From: an uncultured Neisseria sp.
GTDB taxonomy: Bacteria; Pseudomonadota; Gammaproteobacteria; Burkholderiales; Neisseriaceae
Length of the DNA: 64,000 bases
Reading direction: 5' to 3'
Assembly (NCBI GenBank): GCA_963532335.1
Contig: CAUSKT010000002.1
Location: 2,562-66,561, forward strand
Position numbers and translations under genes: made by a program. Under the pieces are notes generated by a model. The model ran no database searches, was not told the origin of the DNA, and worked only from the letters and a program-made list of their open reading frames with translations. Positions 17,628-29,268 of this stretch are shown here, piece after piece. Numbering within the stretch: position 1 is the stretch's first letter; every line of letters starts with the position of its first letter.

Positions 17628-18227
17628 ATGAATTTCCCCCGTATTAGCGAAAAAAAATTTGCCGGCCTTTCATTGGCAGGCAGTATCATTATTATCATCA
17701 CTACTTCGATATGGTTCTATCAGGTAGGTCCTGAAGATTTTGACAGCACATTGATTGCCGGTATGTTGATGCTTGTCTCGGCGAATCTGGTTTATGCCCT
17801 GTTTTACCGGCGTTTGCGTCCCGCCACGTTGGCGGGCAGCTTGTGGGCGACAGCCATCGTTTGGGTTTGGTATATGATAGAGGTACTCGATGAGCTCGCT
17901 TACATTCGGCACGGTTCAGGTGATTTATGGTTTGTGTTGCCTTTATTCTATGGCATCTCGCTGATTGCTTCCATTATCGCTACCGCAGCCCGCACCAAGC
18001 TGCTCTCTTTGGAAAAATCCTCGCTTCAAGCATTTTGGGCGTCTATGAGCTGGTCTTTTATCGGCAATGCCGGTTTGCTTTGGATTTTTTACCCAATCGC
18101 ACTTTTGATTATTTTGGGTATCGTTCTGTTGATTAACCTGCTGGTCAAGTTGATCGATTCATTAACGGCATCAAAACGTCCGGAAGGCAATACTTCCGAC
18201 CATTCCAATCTTTCATCCGATTCGTAA
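17628..18227 (+). CDS. Hypothetical polytopic membrane protein (tandem paralog 2)
   Basis: 199 aa MNFPRISEKKFAGLSLAGSIIIIITTSIWF.... N- and C-terminal thirds are nearly identical to paralog 1, and the central loop differs. Confidence 0.6.
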   Translation: MNFPRISEKKFAGLSLAGSIIIIITTSIWFYQVGPEDFDSTLIAGMLMLVSANLVYALFYRRLRPATLAGSLWATAIVWVWYMIEVLDELAYIRHGSGDLWFVLPLFYGISLIASIIATAARTKLLSLEKSSLQAFWASMSWSFIGNAGLLWIFYPIALLIILGIVLLINLLVKLIDSLTASKRPEGNTSDHSNLSSDS

Positions 18228-18236
18228 TTGTCCATA

Positions 18237-18272
18237 CAGAGGTCGTCTGAAACGGTTTTCAGACGACCTCTG
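18237..18272. terminator. Inverted DUS pair hairpin
   Basis: CAGAGGTCGTCTGAAACGGTTTTCAGACGACCTCTG. Confidence 0.6.
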
Positions 18273-18350
18273 TACCTTGTATTGACTGTAAAGCCGTCCT
18301 GTTTTCAGGTAAAATCGGCACGACATCATATTTTCAGATAGCTCCCGACC

Positions 18351-20039
<1,689 letters not shown>

Positions 20040-20113
20040 TTGGTAAGAAGGCAGTCAGTATGCACTGGCTGCCTTTATTGTGTTTAAATTTTTGATTTTA
20101 TAATAGGAATTTT

Positions 20114-20869
20114 ATGGAAAACCAAATACCCACTTCACAGGAAGTTCGATATCACGAACCCAAACGCCTTCCTGCTTCTGCAGGCATCAAGTGGATTACC
20201 GACGCTTTCGGTATTTTCAAACTTCATCCGTGGAAATGGATAGGCGTATTATTGGCTTATATGGTCGTAGGCTTTGTGGTTTCTATTATTGACTTACTAG
20301 GAATTAATGCGCTTTCTAGTTTAAAAGGTATTGTATTCAGCTGGGTGGGTTCATGCTTAGTAGGCGGAGCTATGTATGTTGCTAACAATATCAATAATGG
20401 AAAAGCATTTGATGTGAAAGATTTTTTTATTGTTTTTTTAGATAAAAAAATGAGTTTTTTCATTTTATTGTTACTTCAGGTGCTGTTCAGTATAGCTGTT
20501 AGTTTGCTTATCATTCCGCTATATTTTGCAGGTCATTGGGCAATGATGATAGGTGTTGTATTGATTGTTATTGTCCTTTTGTCTATATTTTTATTAACCC
20601 CCGCTTTGATTGTTTTAGATGGTCTGAAGCCATGGGAGGCTATTAAAGCTAATGTTAAAGCGGCTATGTGTAATATTCCTGCAATATTAGTTTATGTTGT
20701 AGGTGTGGCTCTCTATTCTTTTATGTGGGGCGTATTAGGCAGCATGTTAGGCCAGTGGATTATCATGATCATACTTTTACTATTCCTACCTGTCAGCGCA
20801 GTTTTACTGCTGTCCCCTTATATTGCTTACCGCAGTATTTACCCTAATGGTCGTATTGTAAAATCCTAA
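20114..20869 (+). CDS. Hypothetical integral membrane protein (AT-rich gene; paralog at 63768)
   Basis: 251 aa, with N-terminal ...PKRLPASAGIKWITDAFGIFKLHPWKWIG followed by multiple TM helices. Visibly lower GC than its neighbours. Confidence 0.6.
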   Translation: MENQIPTSQEVRYHEPKRLPASAGIKWITDAFGIFKLHPWKWIGVLLAYMVVGFVVSIIDLLGINALSSLKGIVFSWVGSCLVGGAMYVANNINNGKAFDVKDFFIVFLDKKMSFFILLLLQVLFSIAVSLLIIPLYFAGHWAMMIGVVLIVIVLLSIFLLTPALIVLDGLKPWEAIKANVKAAMCNIPAILVYVVGVALYSFMWGVLGSMLGQWIIMIILLLFLPVSAVLLLSPYIAYRSIYPNGRIVKS

Positions 20870-20876
20870 GTGGATA

Positions 20877-20907
20877 AAGGCCGTCTGAAACATTTTCAGA
20901 CGGCCTT
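20877..20907. terminator. Inverted DUS pair hairpin using the canonical GCCGTCTGAA dialect
   Basis: AAGGCCGTCTGAAACATTTTCAGACGGCCTT. Confidence 0.6.
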
Positions 20908-20926
20908 TGTCGATAAAAGGAATGAG

Positions 20927-21829
20927 ATGGAACGTTATTCTGTACATTTGAAACTGCTGGGAATGGCGGTGTTGTGGGGCGCGTCTTGGCCGATGGGGCG
21001 GATGCTGGGGCAGTCGCTGCCGCCGCTGACGGGCGGGGCGGTTCGGTTTGTCTTGGCTTCGGTTTTGTTGTTGGGCTGGTTGTTTGCGCGCAGCAGGTTT
21101 GCAACTTTGGCGGCTTTGTCGGTGCGGCAATGGCTGGGTTTGACGGCGGCGGCTTCTGTCGGCGTGTGCGGCTATGCGGTGTTTTTTATGCTGGGTTTGC
21201 AGACTATGCCGGCAGGTAAGGCGGCGGTGGTCGTGGCGGTGAATCCCGTGCTGACGCTGCTGCTGGCGGCTTGGCTTTTCGGCGAGCGTTTAAATGCGAA
21301 GATTTTGGCGGGTATGCTGCTGGCGGTCGGCGGTGCGATAACGGCGGTAACGCAAGGGCAGCCTTTGAAGGTATTGTCGGGCGGCATCAAGGCGGGGGAG
21401 TGGCTGATTTTCGGCTGCGTGGTCTGCTGGGCGGCTTATACTTTAATCGGACGTGCGGTTTTGCGCGGGATAGACGCGCTGACGGTAACGGCGGCAACGT
21501 CGTTCATCGGCGCGCTGATGTTGTCAGTGGTGGCGTTGTGGACGGACGGATTGCCTTTTGAGGCAATGGCGGCGATGGATGCGCGCGGTTGGACGGCATT
21601 GGCGTGGCTGGTCATCGGCGCGACGGTATTGGCCTACGCGTGGTATTTCGAAGGCGTGAAGACTTTGGGCGCAGGCAGCGCGGCGGCGTATATTACACTC
21701 GTACCGATTTTCGGTATGCTGTCTTCGGCGTGGGTTTTGGGCGAACCGCTGCATATTTCGCTGGTCGCGGGTTGCGCGGCGGCGGTCGGCGGCATGACGC
21801 TGATGCGGTATGGGCAGAAGGTCGTCTGA
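20927..21829 (+). CDS. DMT-superfamily (EamA-like) transporter
   Basis: ORF 20870..21829 trimmed to MERYSVHLKLLGMAVLWGASWPMG.... About 10 TM helices in a two-EamA-repeat pattern. Confidence 0.75.
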   Translation: MERYSVHLKLLGMAVLWGASWPMGRMLGQSLPPLTGGAVRFVLASVLLLGWLFARSRFATLAALSVRQWLGLTAAASVGVCGYAVFFMLGLQTMPAGKAAVVVAVNPVLTLLLAAWLFGERLNAKILAGMLLAVGGAITAVTQGQPLKVLSGGIKAGEWLIFGCVVCWAAYTLIGRAVLRGIDALTVTAATSFIGALMLSVVALWTDGLPFEAMAAMDARGWTALAWLVIGATVLAYAWYFEGVKTLGAGSAAAYITLVPIFGMLSSAWVLGEPLHISLVAGCAAAVGGMTLMRYGQKVV

Positions 21830-21841
21830 AAAAGGTTTTTC

Positions 21842-21998
21842 TATAGTGGATTAACTTTAAATCAGGACAAGGCGACGAAGCCGCAGACAGTACAGATAGT
21901 ACGGAACCGATTCACTTGGTGCTTCAGCACCTTAGAGAATCGTTCTCTTTGAGCTAAGGCGAGGCAACGCCGTACTGGTTTAAAGTTAATTCACTATA
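21842..21998. mobile_element. Correia repeat-enclosed element, long form
   Basis: TATAGTGGATTAACTTTAAATCAGG...AGTTAATTCACTATA. Confidence 0.9.
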
Positions 21999-22144
21999 AC
22001 GATCAGGCTGCGATCGCCATGTCAACTTATTGCGGGACAAGACAAAGGTCATCTGAATCCTTTTTCAAGTATTTTTACTGTATTGAAATTGGGTTTTCAG
22101 ACGACCTTTTATTTATAATAGGTAAACAGAAGTAACGTGGCTTT

Positions 22145-22161
22145 TATAGTGGGTTAAATTT
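22145..22161. repeat. Solo Correia terminal-repeat remnant
   Basis: TATAGTGGGTTAAATTT without a partner end nearby. Confidence 0.5.
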
Positions 22162-22187
22162 CAATATAACGGATAAAGAAAGAAAAA

Positions 22188-23084
22188 ATGCTGCCGGTTT
22201 TTAACTTTATTTGGCTGACGGTGGTCGCCATACTGGGCTTGATGCTTGTCGATATGATGTTGAAGGCTGAAAGACCGTTGTTTAAAGCAATGGCTGTCAG
22301 GTTCAACGTGTTTTTGCTGTGCTGTTTGGGCGTACAGGCGTGGAGCGTGTGGATGGGGCAGCAAAAACCGGAAGGGTATGTGCTTCGGGAAGATACGGTG
22401 GTAGATGGTTTTCCATTGCCCACCGGAACAAAGTTACATTTTCGGTGGAAAAAGGATATTGAATCTTACGAGTATGCAGTCTTCCCCAAGCCCGTCGAAT
22501 GGAAAGGCGTGATGATTAAGGCGGTGGAACGGAAGTTTTATGACCAAAATATGGGCGAAGGCGTCTTTCTGAAGCCGACGGAAGTAGCCGATCGGAAACC
22601 GGTTTGGTCGGAAGGTTGGTTGTGCCGTGTGGACGCTGAAGATTTTGGGTGGAAGTATGTCGGTACGAAGGATAAGCGAACGCCTTCGCCTGACGATTAC
22701 CGGCTGATGGGGTGTAAGCTGGATGAGTCTTTCGCGCTGCCGGTGCCGCAATTGGGCGAAAATGTGAAGCTCGGTTTGCATGAAGTGAGATACATTGAAT
22801 CCGGCAAAGTTTGGCTGGCATGGTTGGCTTCTGAAAATATGCCTTTTACAGGCTTGATCACGCTGGACGGTAAAAAGAATATTGTGGAAATAGAGATTGA
22901 ACCCAAACAAACCAATATTTTGGGTTGCGTATTTGACAATGTTTCCTTGCTGACTTGGAATCGTGACCGACCGGATATCTGGACGGTGTCGGCCCGCCCG
23001 AAAGCGGAAAATGAGTTGGTGGAAGAGCATAATGTGAAACAGCCGGAAACTTGTTGGGGGAGAAAACTTGTCTATCAGTATTAA
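22188..23084 (+). CDS. Hypothetical membrane-anchored protein
   Basis: 298 aa with two N-terminal hydrophobic helices and a roughly 230-aa soluble domain. No family recognised. Confidence 0.5.
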   Translation: MLPVFNFIWLTVVAILGLMLVDMMLKAERPLFKAMAVRFNVFLLCCLGVQAWSVWMGQQKPEGYVLREDTVVDGFPLPTGTKLHFRWKKDIESYEYAVFPKPVEWKGVMIKAVERKFYDQNMGEGVFLKPTEVADRKPVWSEGWLCRVDAEDFGWKYVGTKDKRTPSPDDYRLMGCKLDESFALPVPQLGENVKLGLHEVRYIESGKVWLAWLASENMPFTGLITLDGKKNIVEIEIEPKQTNILGCVFDNVSLLTWNRDRPDIWTVSARPKAENELVEEHNVKQPETCWGRKLVYQY

Positions 23085-23151
23085 TCGGCAGGTCGTCTGA
23101 AAAGGCGGCAACCGGCTGCTTTGTGTTCAATATTTTTTTATCAAGGAAATC

Positions 23152-23760
23152 ATGATGTCCGCTCCGCTTGAAATCGAAACCCATCCTTTCCCCGCCTTGC
23201 TGCCGCCGCAGGCGACGGTGATGATGATGGGGACGTTTCCGCCCAAGGAAGACAAACGCGCGATGCAGTTTCATTATCCGAATTTTCAAAACGATATGTG
23301 GCGCGTCTACGGGCTGGTGTTTTTTAATGATGCGGCGCATTTCCAAAGGTCGTCTGAAAAAGCGTTTGATGCGGAGAAAATCAAGGCGTTTTTGCGCGAA
23401 CGGGGGATTGCTTCCTGTCCAACCGTGTTAAAGGCGGTGCGGGAACACGGCAATGCGTCGGACAAGTTTTTGCAAGTGGTCGAAACTGTCGATTTGGCGG
23501 CGGTGTTGGCGCAGATGCCCGACTGCCGCCATATCTGCACCACCGGCGGTAAGGCGACGGAAATCCTGCTCGATATTCAGGGCGGCGGCATCAAAATGCC
23601 GAAAACGGGCGAAACCGTGCCGTTTCCGTTTGCCGGACGGGATTTGACCCTGACCCGCCTGCCGTCCACTTCGCGCGCCTATCCTTTGAGTTTGGCGAAA
23701 AAGGCGGCGGCGTATCGGGCGTTTTTCGAAATGGCGGGTTTGTGTGAAAAACAGTTATAA
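23152..23760 (+). CDS. Uracil-DNA-glycosylase-superfamily protein (possibly family 6 hypoxanthine/deoxyinosine DNA glycosylase-like)
   Basis: 202 aa. The MMMGTFPPKED and FHYPNFQNDMW segments resemble the GSFPS / HP.N.FW motifs I remember for this family. Not verified. Confidence 0.45.
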   Translation: MMSAPLEIETHPFPALLPPQATVMMMGTFPPKEDKRAMQFHYPNFQNDMWRVYGLVFFNDAAHFQRSSEKAFDAEKIKAFLRERGIASCPTVLKAVREHGNASDKFLQVVETVDLAAVLAQMPDCRHICTTGGKATEILLDIQGGGIKMPKTGETVPFPFAGRDLTLTRLPSTSRAYPLSLAKKAAAYRAFFEMAGLCEKQL

Positions 23761-23778
23761 TTGCCGACAATTTCCCCT

Positions 23779-25039
<1,261 letters not shown>

Positions 25040-25071
25040 GGATGATGTGAAGGTCGTCTGAAAACAAAAAT

Positions 25072-25539
25072 ATGATGATTCTCCCCAATTGTTACAGCTA
25101 TTTCCGTATGGTATCCGACCACAATTGCGCCGATGAATTGACGCAATTGCTCGGTATCCAGCCGTTTTCTGTTACCCGGTGTGGAGAGACGCATTTAGCT
25201 AATGGAATGCTACGCCCACAGCCGGCTGATTGGAGCGCATGGAATGGCTGCCGCCAAGATCAGCCGGTCAATGACGTAGAAGGGCAGTGCCTGCGGATTG
25301 TCCGCCAATTACACGGGAACATTGATGCACTTGCCCGATTCCGTCGGCAATACCAAGCAAAATTTTGGTTGGAAGTTGTCCCTGAATATGTTGTGGATGC
25401 AGAACAAAATCCCTATATAGGATTTAGTCGGGAAATCATAGAATTTTGTTATCTGACGGGTACGGAAATAGACGTCGACGTCTATCATTACTGCAATTTC
25501 TGCGACTCTGATGAAGGATCAAACAGTACGCTGCATTAA
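25072..25539 (+). CDS. Hypothetical protein, DUF4279-like
   Basis: 155 aa. The pattern ...ELTQLLGIQP...G......W... and ...IEFCYLTGTEIDVDVY is reminiscent of DUF4279. Not verified. Confidence 0.4.
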   Translation: MMILPNCYSYFRMVSDHNCADELTQLLGIQPFSVTRCGETHLANGMLRPQPADWSAWNGCRQDQPVNDVEGQCLRIVRQLHGNIDALARFRRQYQAKFWLEVVPEYVVDAEQNPYIGFSREIIEFCYLTGTEIDVDVYHYCNFCDSDEGSNSTLH

Positions 25540-25657
25540 TCTGCCTTCATTGACCTGAATTTGTCTTTTAATGTCTTTGGTTTTGGGATATCGACAGAAT
25601 ATAGGGCGTATTCATGTTCACGCCGTGATTAGCTATCTCACTTGAAATTCTCAAAAC

Positions 25658-25696
25658 AAGCCGTTTGAAAGTCCGCCTTTCAAACGGCTTATTTTT
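25658..25696 (+). terminator. Rho-independent terminator
   Basis: AAGCCGTTTGAAAG-tccgc-CTTTCAAACGGCTT followed by ATTTTT. Confidence 0.65.
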
Positions 25697-25859
25697 AGGT
25701 TGCCTGAAATTTTTCTGCATACTATGCCGGATATGAACCACATCACCGAAAACAGGTTTTCAGACGACCTTTCCCTTATCCGATAGGGACTTTTCAGGTT
25801 TTCATCTAATCAGAGTGGGTTAAAATAGCGGAATTTGATATAAATCCTTCTCAGAAAAT

Positions 25860-27155
25860 ATGTTGCCCGAACACACTTCCTCCCTGCTCGATTTCGACCG
25901 CGCCCATCTGCTCCATCCCTATACGTCCATGACCGACCCGTTGCCTGTTTATCCGGTGCGCCGTGCGGAGGGCGTGCATATTGAATTGGCGGATGGTACG
26001 CGGCTGATTGACGGGATGTCGTCTTGGTGGTGTGCGATACACGGCTACAATCATCCCGTTTTGAATCAGGCGGTTGAGGCGCAGATTAAGCAAATGTCGC
26101 ATGTGATGTTCGGCGGTTTGACGCACGAGCCGGCGGTGGAACTGGGCAAGTTGTTGGTCGGGATTTTGCCGCAGGGGCTGGACCGTATTTTTTATGCGGA
26201 TTCAGGTTCGGTTTCGGTAGAAGTCGCGCTGAAGATGGCGGTGCAATACCAGCAGGCGCGGGGTTTGACCGCGAAGCAGAATATTGCGACGGTGCGGCGC
26301 GGGTATCACGGCGATACTTGGAACGCGATGTCCGTCTGCGATCCGGAAACGGGGATGCACCATATTTTCGGCAGCGCTTTGCCGCAGCGTTATTTTGTCG
26401 ATAATCCGAAAAGCCGTTTCGACGATGAATGGGACGGGGCGGATTTGCAGCCTGTCCGCGCCTTGTTTGAAGCGCATCATGCGGATATTGCCGCCTTTAT
26501 TTTAGAACCGGTCGTGCAGGGCGCGGGCGGCATGTATTTTTATCATCCGCAGTATCTTCGCAGTTTGCGCGATTTGTGCGACGAGTTTGATATCGTTTTG
26601 ATTTTTGATGAAATTGCCACCGGATTCGGGCGCACGGGCAAGATGTTTGCCTGCGAACACGCGGAGGTCGTGCCGGATATTATGTGTATCGGCAAGGGCT
26701 TGAGCGGCGGCTATATGACGCTGGCGGCGGCAATCACTTCGCAAAAAGTCACCGAAACGATTTCGCGCGGCGAAGCGGGCGTGTTTATGCATGGGCCGAC
26801 GTTTATGGCAAACCCGCTGGCGTGTGCCGTTGCCTGCGCTTCGGTCAAACTGCTTTTGTCCCAAGATTGGCAGGCAAATATCCGCCGCATCGAAAGCATC
26901 TTAAAAGGTCGTCTGAAAACTGCATGGGACATTCGCGGCGTGAAAGACGTGCGCGTTTTGGGTGCCATTGGCGTGATTGAGCTGGAAAAAGGCGTGGATA
27001 TGGTGCGTTTTCAAGCGGACTGCGTGGCGCAGGGCATTTGGGTGCGCCCATTCGGCAGGCTGGTGTACCTCATGCCGCCTTACATCATTTCAGACGACCT
27101 CTTGACCGAACTTGCCGACAAAACCATACAAATCTTGAAGGAACACAACAAATGA
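25860..27155 (+). CDS. bioA: Adenosylmethionine-8-amino-7-oxononanoate aminotransferase
   Basis: 431 aa, class III aminotransferase. [13 protein letters not shown] and the PLP Lys in CIGKGLSGG. Confidence 0.92.
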   Translation: MLPEHTSSLLDFDRAHLLHPYTSMTDPLPVYPVRRAEGVHIELADGTRLIDGMSSWWCAIHGYNHPVLNQAVEAQIKQMSHVMFGGLTHEPAVELGKLLVGILPQGLDRIFYADSGSVSVEVALKMAVQYQQARGLTAKQNIATVRRGYHGDTWNAMSVCDPETGMHHIFGSALPQRYFVDNPKSRFDDEWDGADLQPVRALFEAHHADIAAFILEPVVQGAGGMYFYHPQYLRSLRDLCDEFDIVLIFDEIATGFGRTGKMFACEHAEVVPDIMCIGKGLSGGYMTLAAAITSQKVTETISRGEAGVFMHGPTFMANPLACAVACASVKLLLSQDWQANIRRIESILKGRLKTAWDIRGVKDVRVLGAIGVIELEKGVDMVRFQADCVAQGIWVRPFGRLVYLMPPYIISDDLLTELADKTIQILKEHNK

Positions 27156-27820
27156 AAGGCGTTTACTTCGTCAGCGGCATAGACACGGACATCGGCAAAA
27201 CCGTCGCCACCGGCATGTTGGCAAAACAATTGTTGCAGCAGGGCAAAAGCGTGATCACGCAAAAGCCTGTGCAAACCGGTTGCCAAAACATCGCCGACGA
27301 CATCGCCGTCCACCGCAAAATCATGGGCATACCCATGCAGGAAGCCGACAAACAGCGGCTGACCATGCCCGAAATCTTCAGCTATCCCGCCTCGCCCCAT
27401 CTCGCCGCCCGTCTGGACGGCAGGACTTTGGACTTGGACAAAATCCGCACCGCCACGCAGCAACTGGCGGCACAATACGAAATCGTATTGGTCGAAGGCG
27501 CGGGCGGATTGATGGTTCCGCTGACGGAAAACCTGTTGACCATTGATTATATTCAGCAACAGGATTATCCCGTCATCCTCGTTACCAGCGGGCGGCTCGG
27601 CAGCATCAACCACACCCTGCTCAGCTTCGCCGCGCTCAAACAATACGGCATCAGCTTGCACAGCCTGATTTTCAACCACATCCACGACAGCCGCGACGAA
27701 CACATCGCCCAAGACAGCTTGGCATATCTAAAGGGTCGTCTGAAAACAGATTTTCCCGATGCGGAGTGGATGGAGTTGGATAAGGTGGAGACGGACGAAA
27801 GGTCGTCTGAAAACGATTAA
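27152..27820 (+). CDS. bioD: Dethiobiotin synthase
   Basis: ORF trimmed to [21 protein letters not shown] (P-loop). ATGA overlap with the bioA stop. Confidence 0.9.
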   Translation: MKGVYFVSGIDTDIGKTVATGMLAKQLLQQGKSVITQKPVQTGCQNIADDIAVHRKIMGIPMQEADKQRLTMPEIFSYPASPHLAARLDGRTLDLDKIRTATQQLAAQYEIVLVEGAGGLMVPLTENLLTIDYIQQQDYPVILVTSGRLGSINHTLLSFAALKQYGISLHSLIFNHIHDSRDEHIAQDSLAYLKGRLKTDFPDAEWMELDKVETDERSSEND

Positions 27821-28011
27821 AAGTGGCGGAGCATTGCTGCTGAACGAAATTGCGCTGTCGCTGGCGATACTGACGGAACTGGGGTTCAGCTTGTGTTTAC
27901 TGTATGATTCGTCCAAGCAGTATTTCCAAGGGACTGAAGTTTTTTAGGTTTGTTGCTAATGTGCCTAGGGATTAAGGATAAAGGGAGTAACAGTGTCCCT
28001 TGTAGTAAGAA

Positions 28012-28539
28012 ATGGAGGATGAAATGGTAAAAAGAATATTTTTAGTATTTTCTATGGCATTAAGTGGGTTTATCTCTGCCGAAGGGCTGAATGCCATCAA
28101 TGATCCGGTGATGAATCCCTGTATTCAACGTCCTGATTTGGCAGGGTGCGGGGCAAACGGTTCTGTTGCAACACAGAGGGTTTATAAAGTACCGAACCGT
28201 TGGGGAGCTATTTACTACAATCCTGCCAATGATGCGGTGGGATATTCTGAAAACAATACCGAAGGTTATCGTTCCGCCAATAGAGAGGCATTGGCAAACT
28301 GCATTAAAGCAGGAGGCGGTCAAAATCCATTGCATAGAGATGGTAAAGGTTGTCGTAAGATGACGGAAGTTCGTAATTCTTGCAGTGCAATTGCTGTGGG
28401 CAGTAAAAGCACTAGTGCAAAAAGTGATGATTATCTGGAGAAAGCAGAACGGAAAGCTTTTGGCGGATGTAGCCAATATTCCAATGATTGTAAAATCCTT
28501 TACTCTGGCTGCTCTCGTCATTCCGATTACCGTTATTGA
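28012..28539 (+). CDS. Secreted Cys-rich protein, DUF4189-like (paralog 1)
   Basis: 175 aa with a signal peptide. WGAIYYNPANDAVGYSEN...REALANCIKAGGG...GCRKM..RNSCSAIAVG...ERKAFGGC...CKILYSGC. Start may be 28024. Confidence 0.6.
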   Translation: MEDEMVKRIFLVFSMALSGFISAEGLNAINDPVMNPCIQRPDLAGCGANGSVATQRVYKVPNRWGAIYYNPANDAVGYSENNTEGYRSANREALANCIKAGGGQNPLHRDGKGCRKMTEVRNSCSAIAVGSKSTSAKSDDYLEKAERKAFGGCSQYSNDCKILYSGCSRHSDYRY

Positions 28540-28693
28540 TTGATTTGATTTTTCAGACGGTCTTTTTAAGATTTGAGGTCGTCTGAAAAATTTTATGTGG
28601 TAACCAAGCAATATTCCATCACGACTAGGCATTGCTCAGATTACGATCATATGGAGTGGTTTGGATTAATGATGGTCGCGCTAAGGACATGAA

Positions 28694-29209
28694 ATGAAAA
28701 AAATATTTTTAATTATTGCATTGTTTTTATCTAATTCTTTATCTTATGCTAATGAAATGAATAATCCGTGTGTTTATCATCCTGATTTACCAGGGTGTGC
28801 TGGAAATAACCGTGCCATCGGACAAAGCAACCGCGTTATTAATATCCCTAGTCGGTGGGGGGCTATCTACTTTAATGCGGCAAATTGGGCTATCGGATAT
28901 TCTGAGAATAATACTGAAGGTTTTCGTTCTGCTAACAAAGAAGCATTAGCAAGTTGTATTAAGGCTGGGGGAGGTCAAAATCCAATAGCAAAAAATGGGA
29001 AAGGTTGTCATATGGTGACACAGTATCGTAATGGTTGTGGAGCTCTTGCTCTTGGGGGCGTAAAGGGTAGCGGGAATCTTTCGGCACAAGGTGCGCCCAC
29101 ACTAGAAGAAGCCGAAAGAAATGCAATTGCTTTCTGTGAAGAAGGTAAATCGTATAAATGCACTATCCGCTATTCAGGTTGTTCTTTCCATCCTGATTAC
29201 CGCCGTTAA
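28694..29209 (+). CDS. Secreted Cys-rich protein, DUF4189-like (paralog 2)
   Basis: 171 aa with signal peptide MKKIFLIIALFLSNSLSYA and the same Cys framework as paralog 1. Confidence 0.6.
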   Translation: MKKIFLIIALFLSNSLSYANEMNNPCVYHPDLPGCAGNNRAIGQSNRVINIPSRWGAIYFNAANWAIGYSENNTEGFRSANKEALASCIKAGGGQNPIAKNGKGCHMVTQYRNGCGALALGGVKGSGNLSAQGAPTLEEAERNAIAFCEEGKSYKCTIRYSGCSFHPDYRR

Positions 29210-29268
29210 ACGATTTTCAGACGGTCTCCAAGTGATGTGGAGGTCGTCTGAAAGTTATTTATTATGCT

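Noticed and set aside
27759-27947. A 62-aa ORF downstream of and overlapping the bioD end, with a hydrophobic segment (GGALLLNEIALSLAILTELGFSL) that superficially recalls a prepilin-like N-terminus.
   Set aside because: It has no G-F-T-L-I-E type cleavage motif with Glu at +5, its start lies inside bioD in a DUS-derived frame, and it has no SD. It is more likely non-coding spacer or a decayed fragment.
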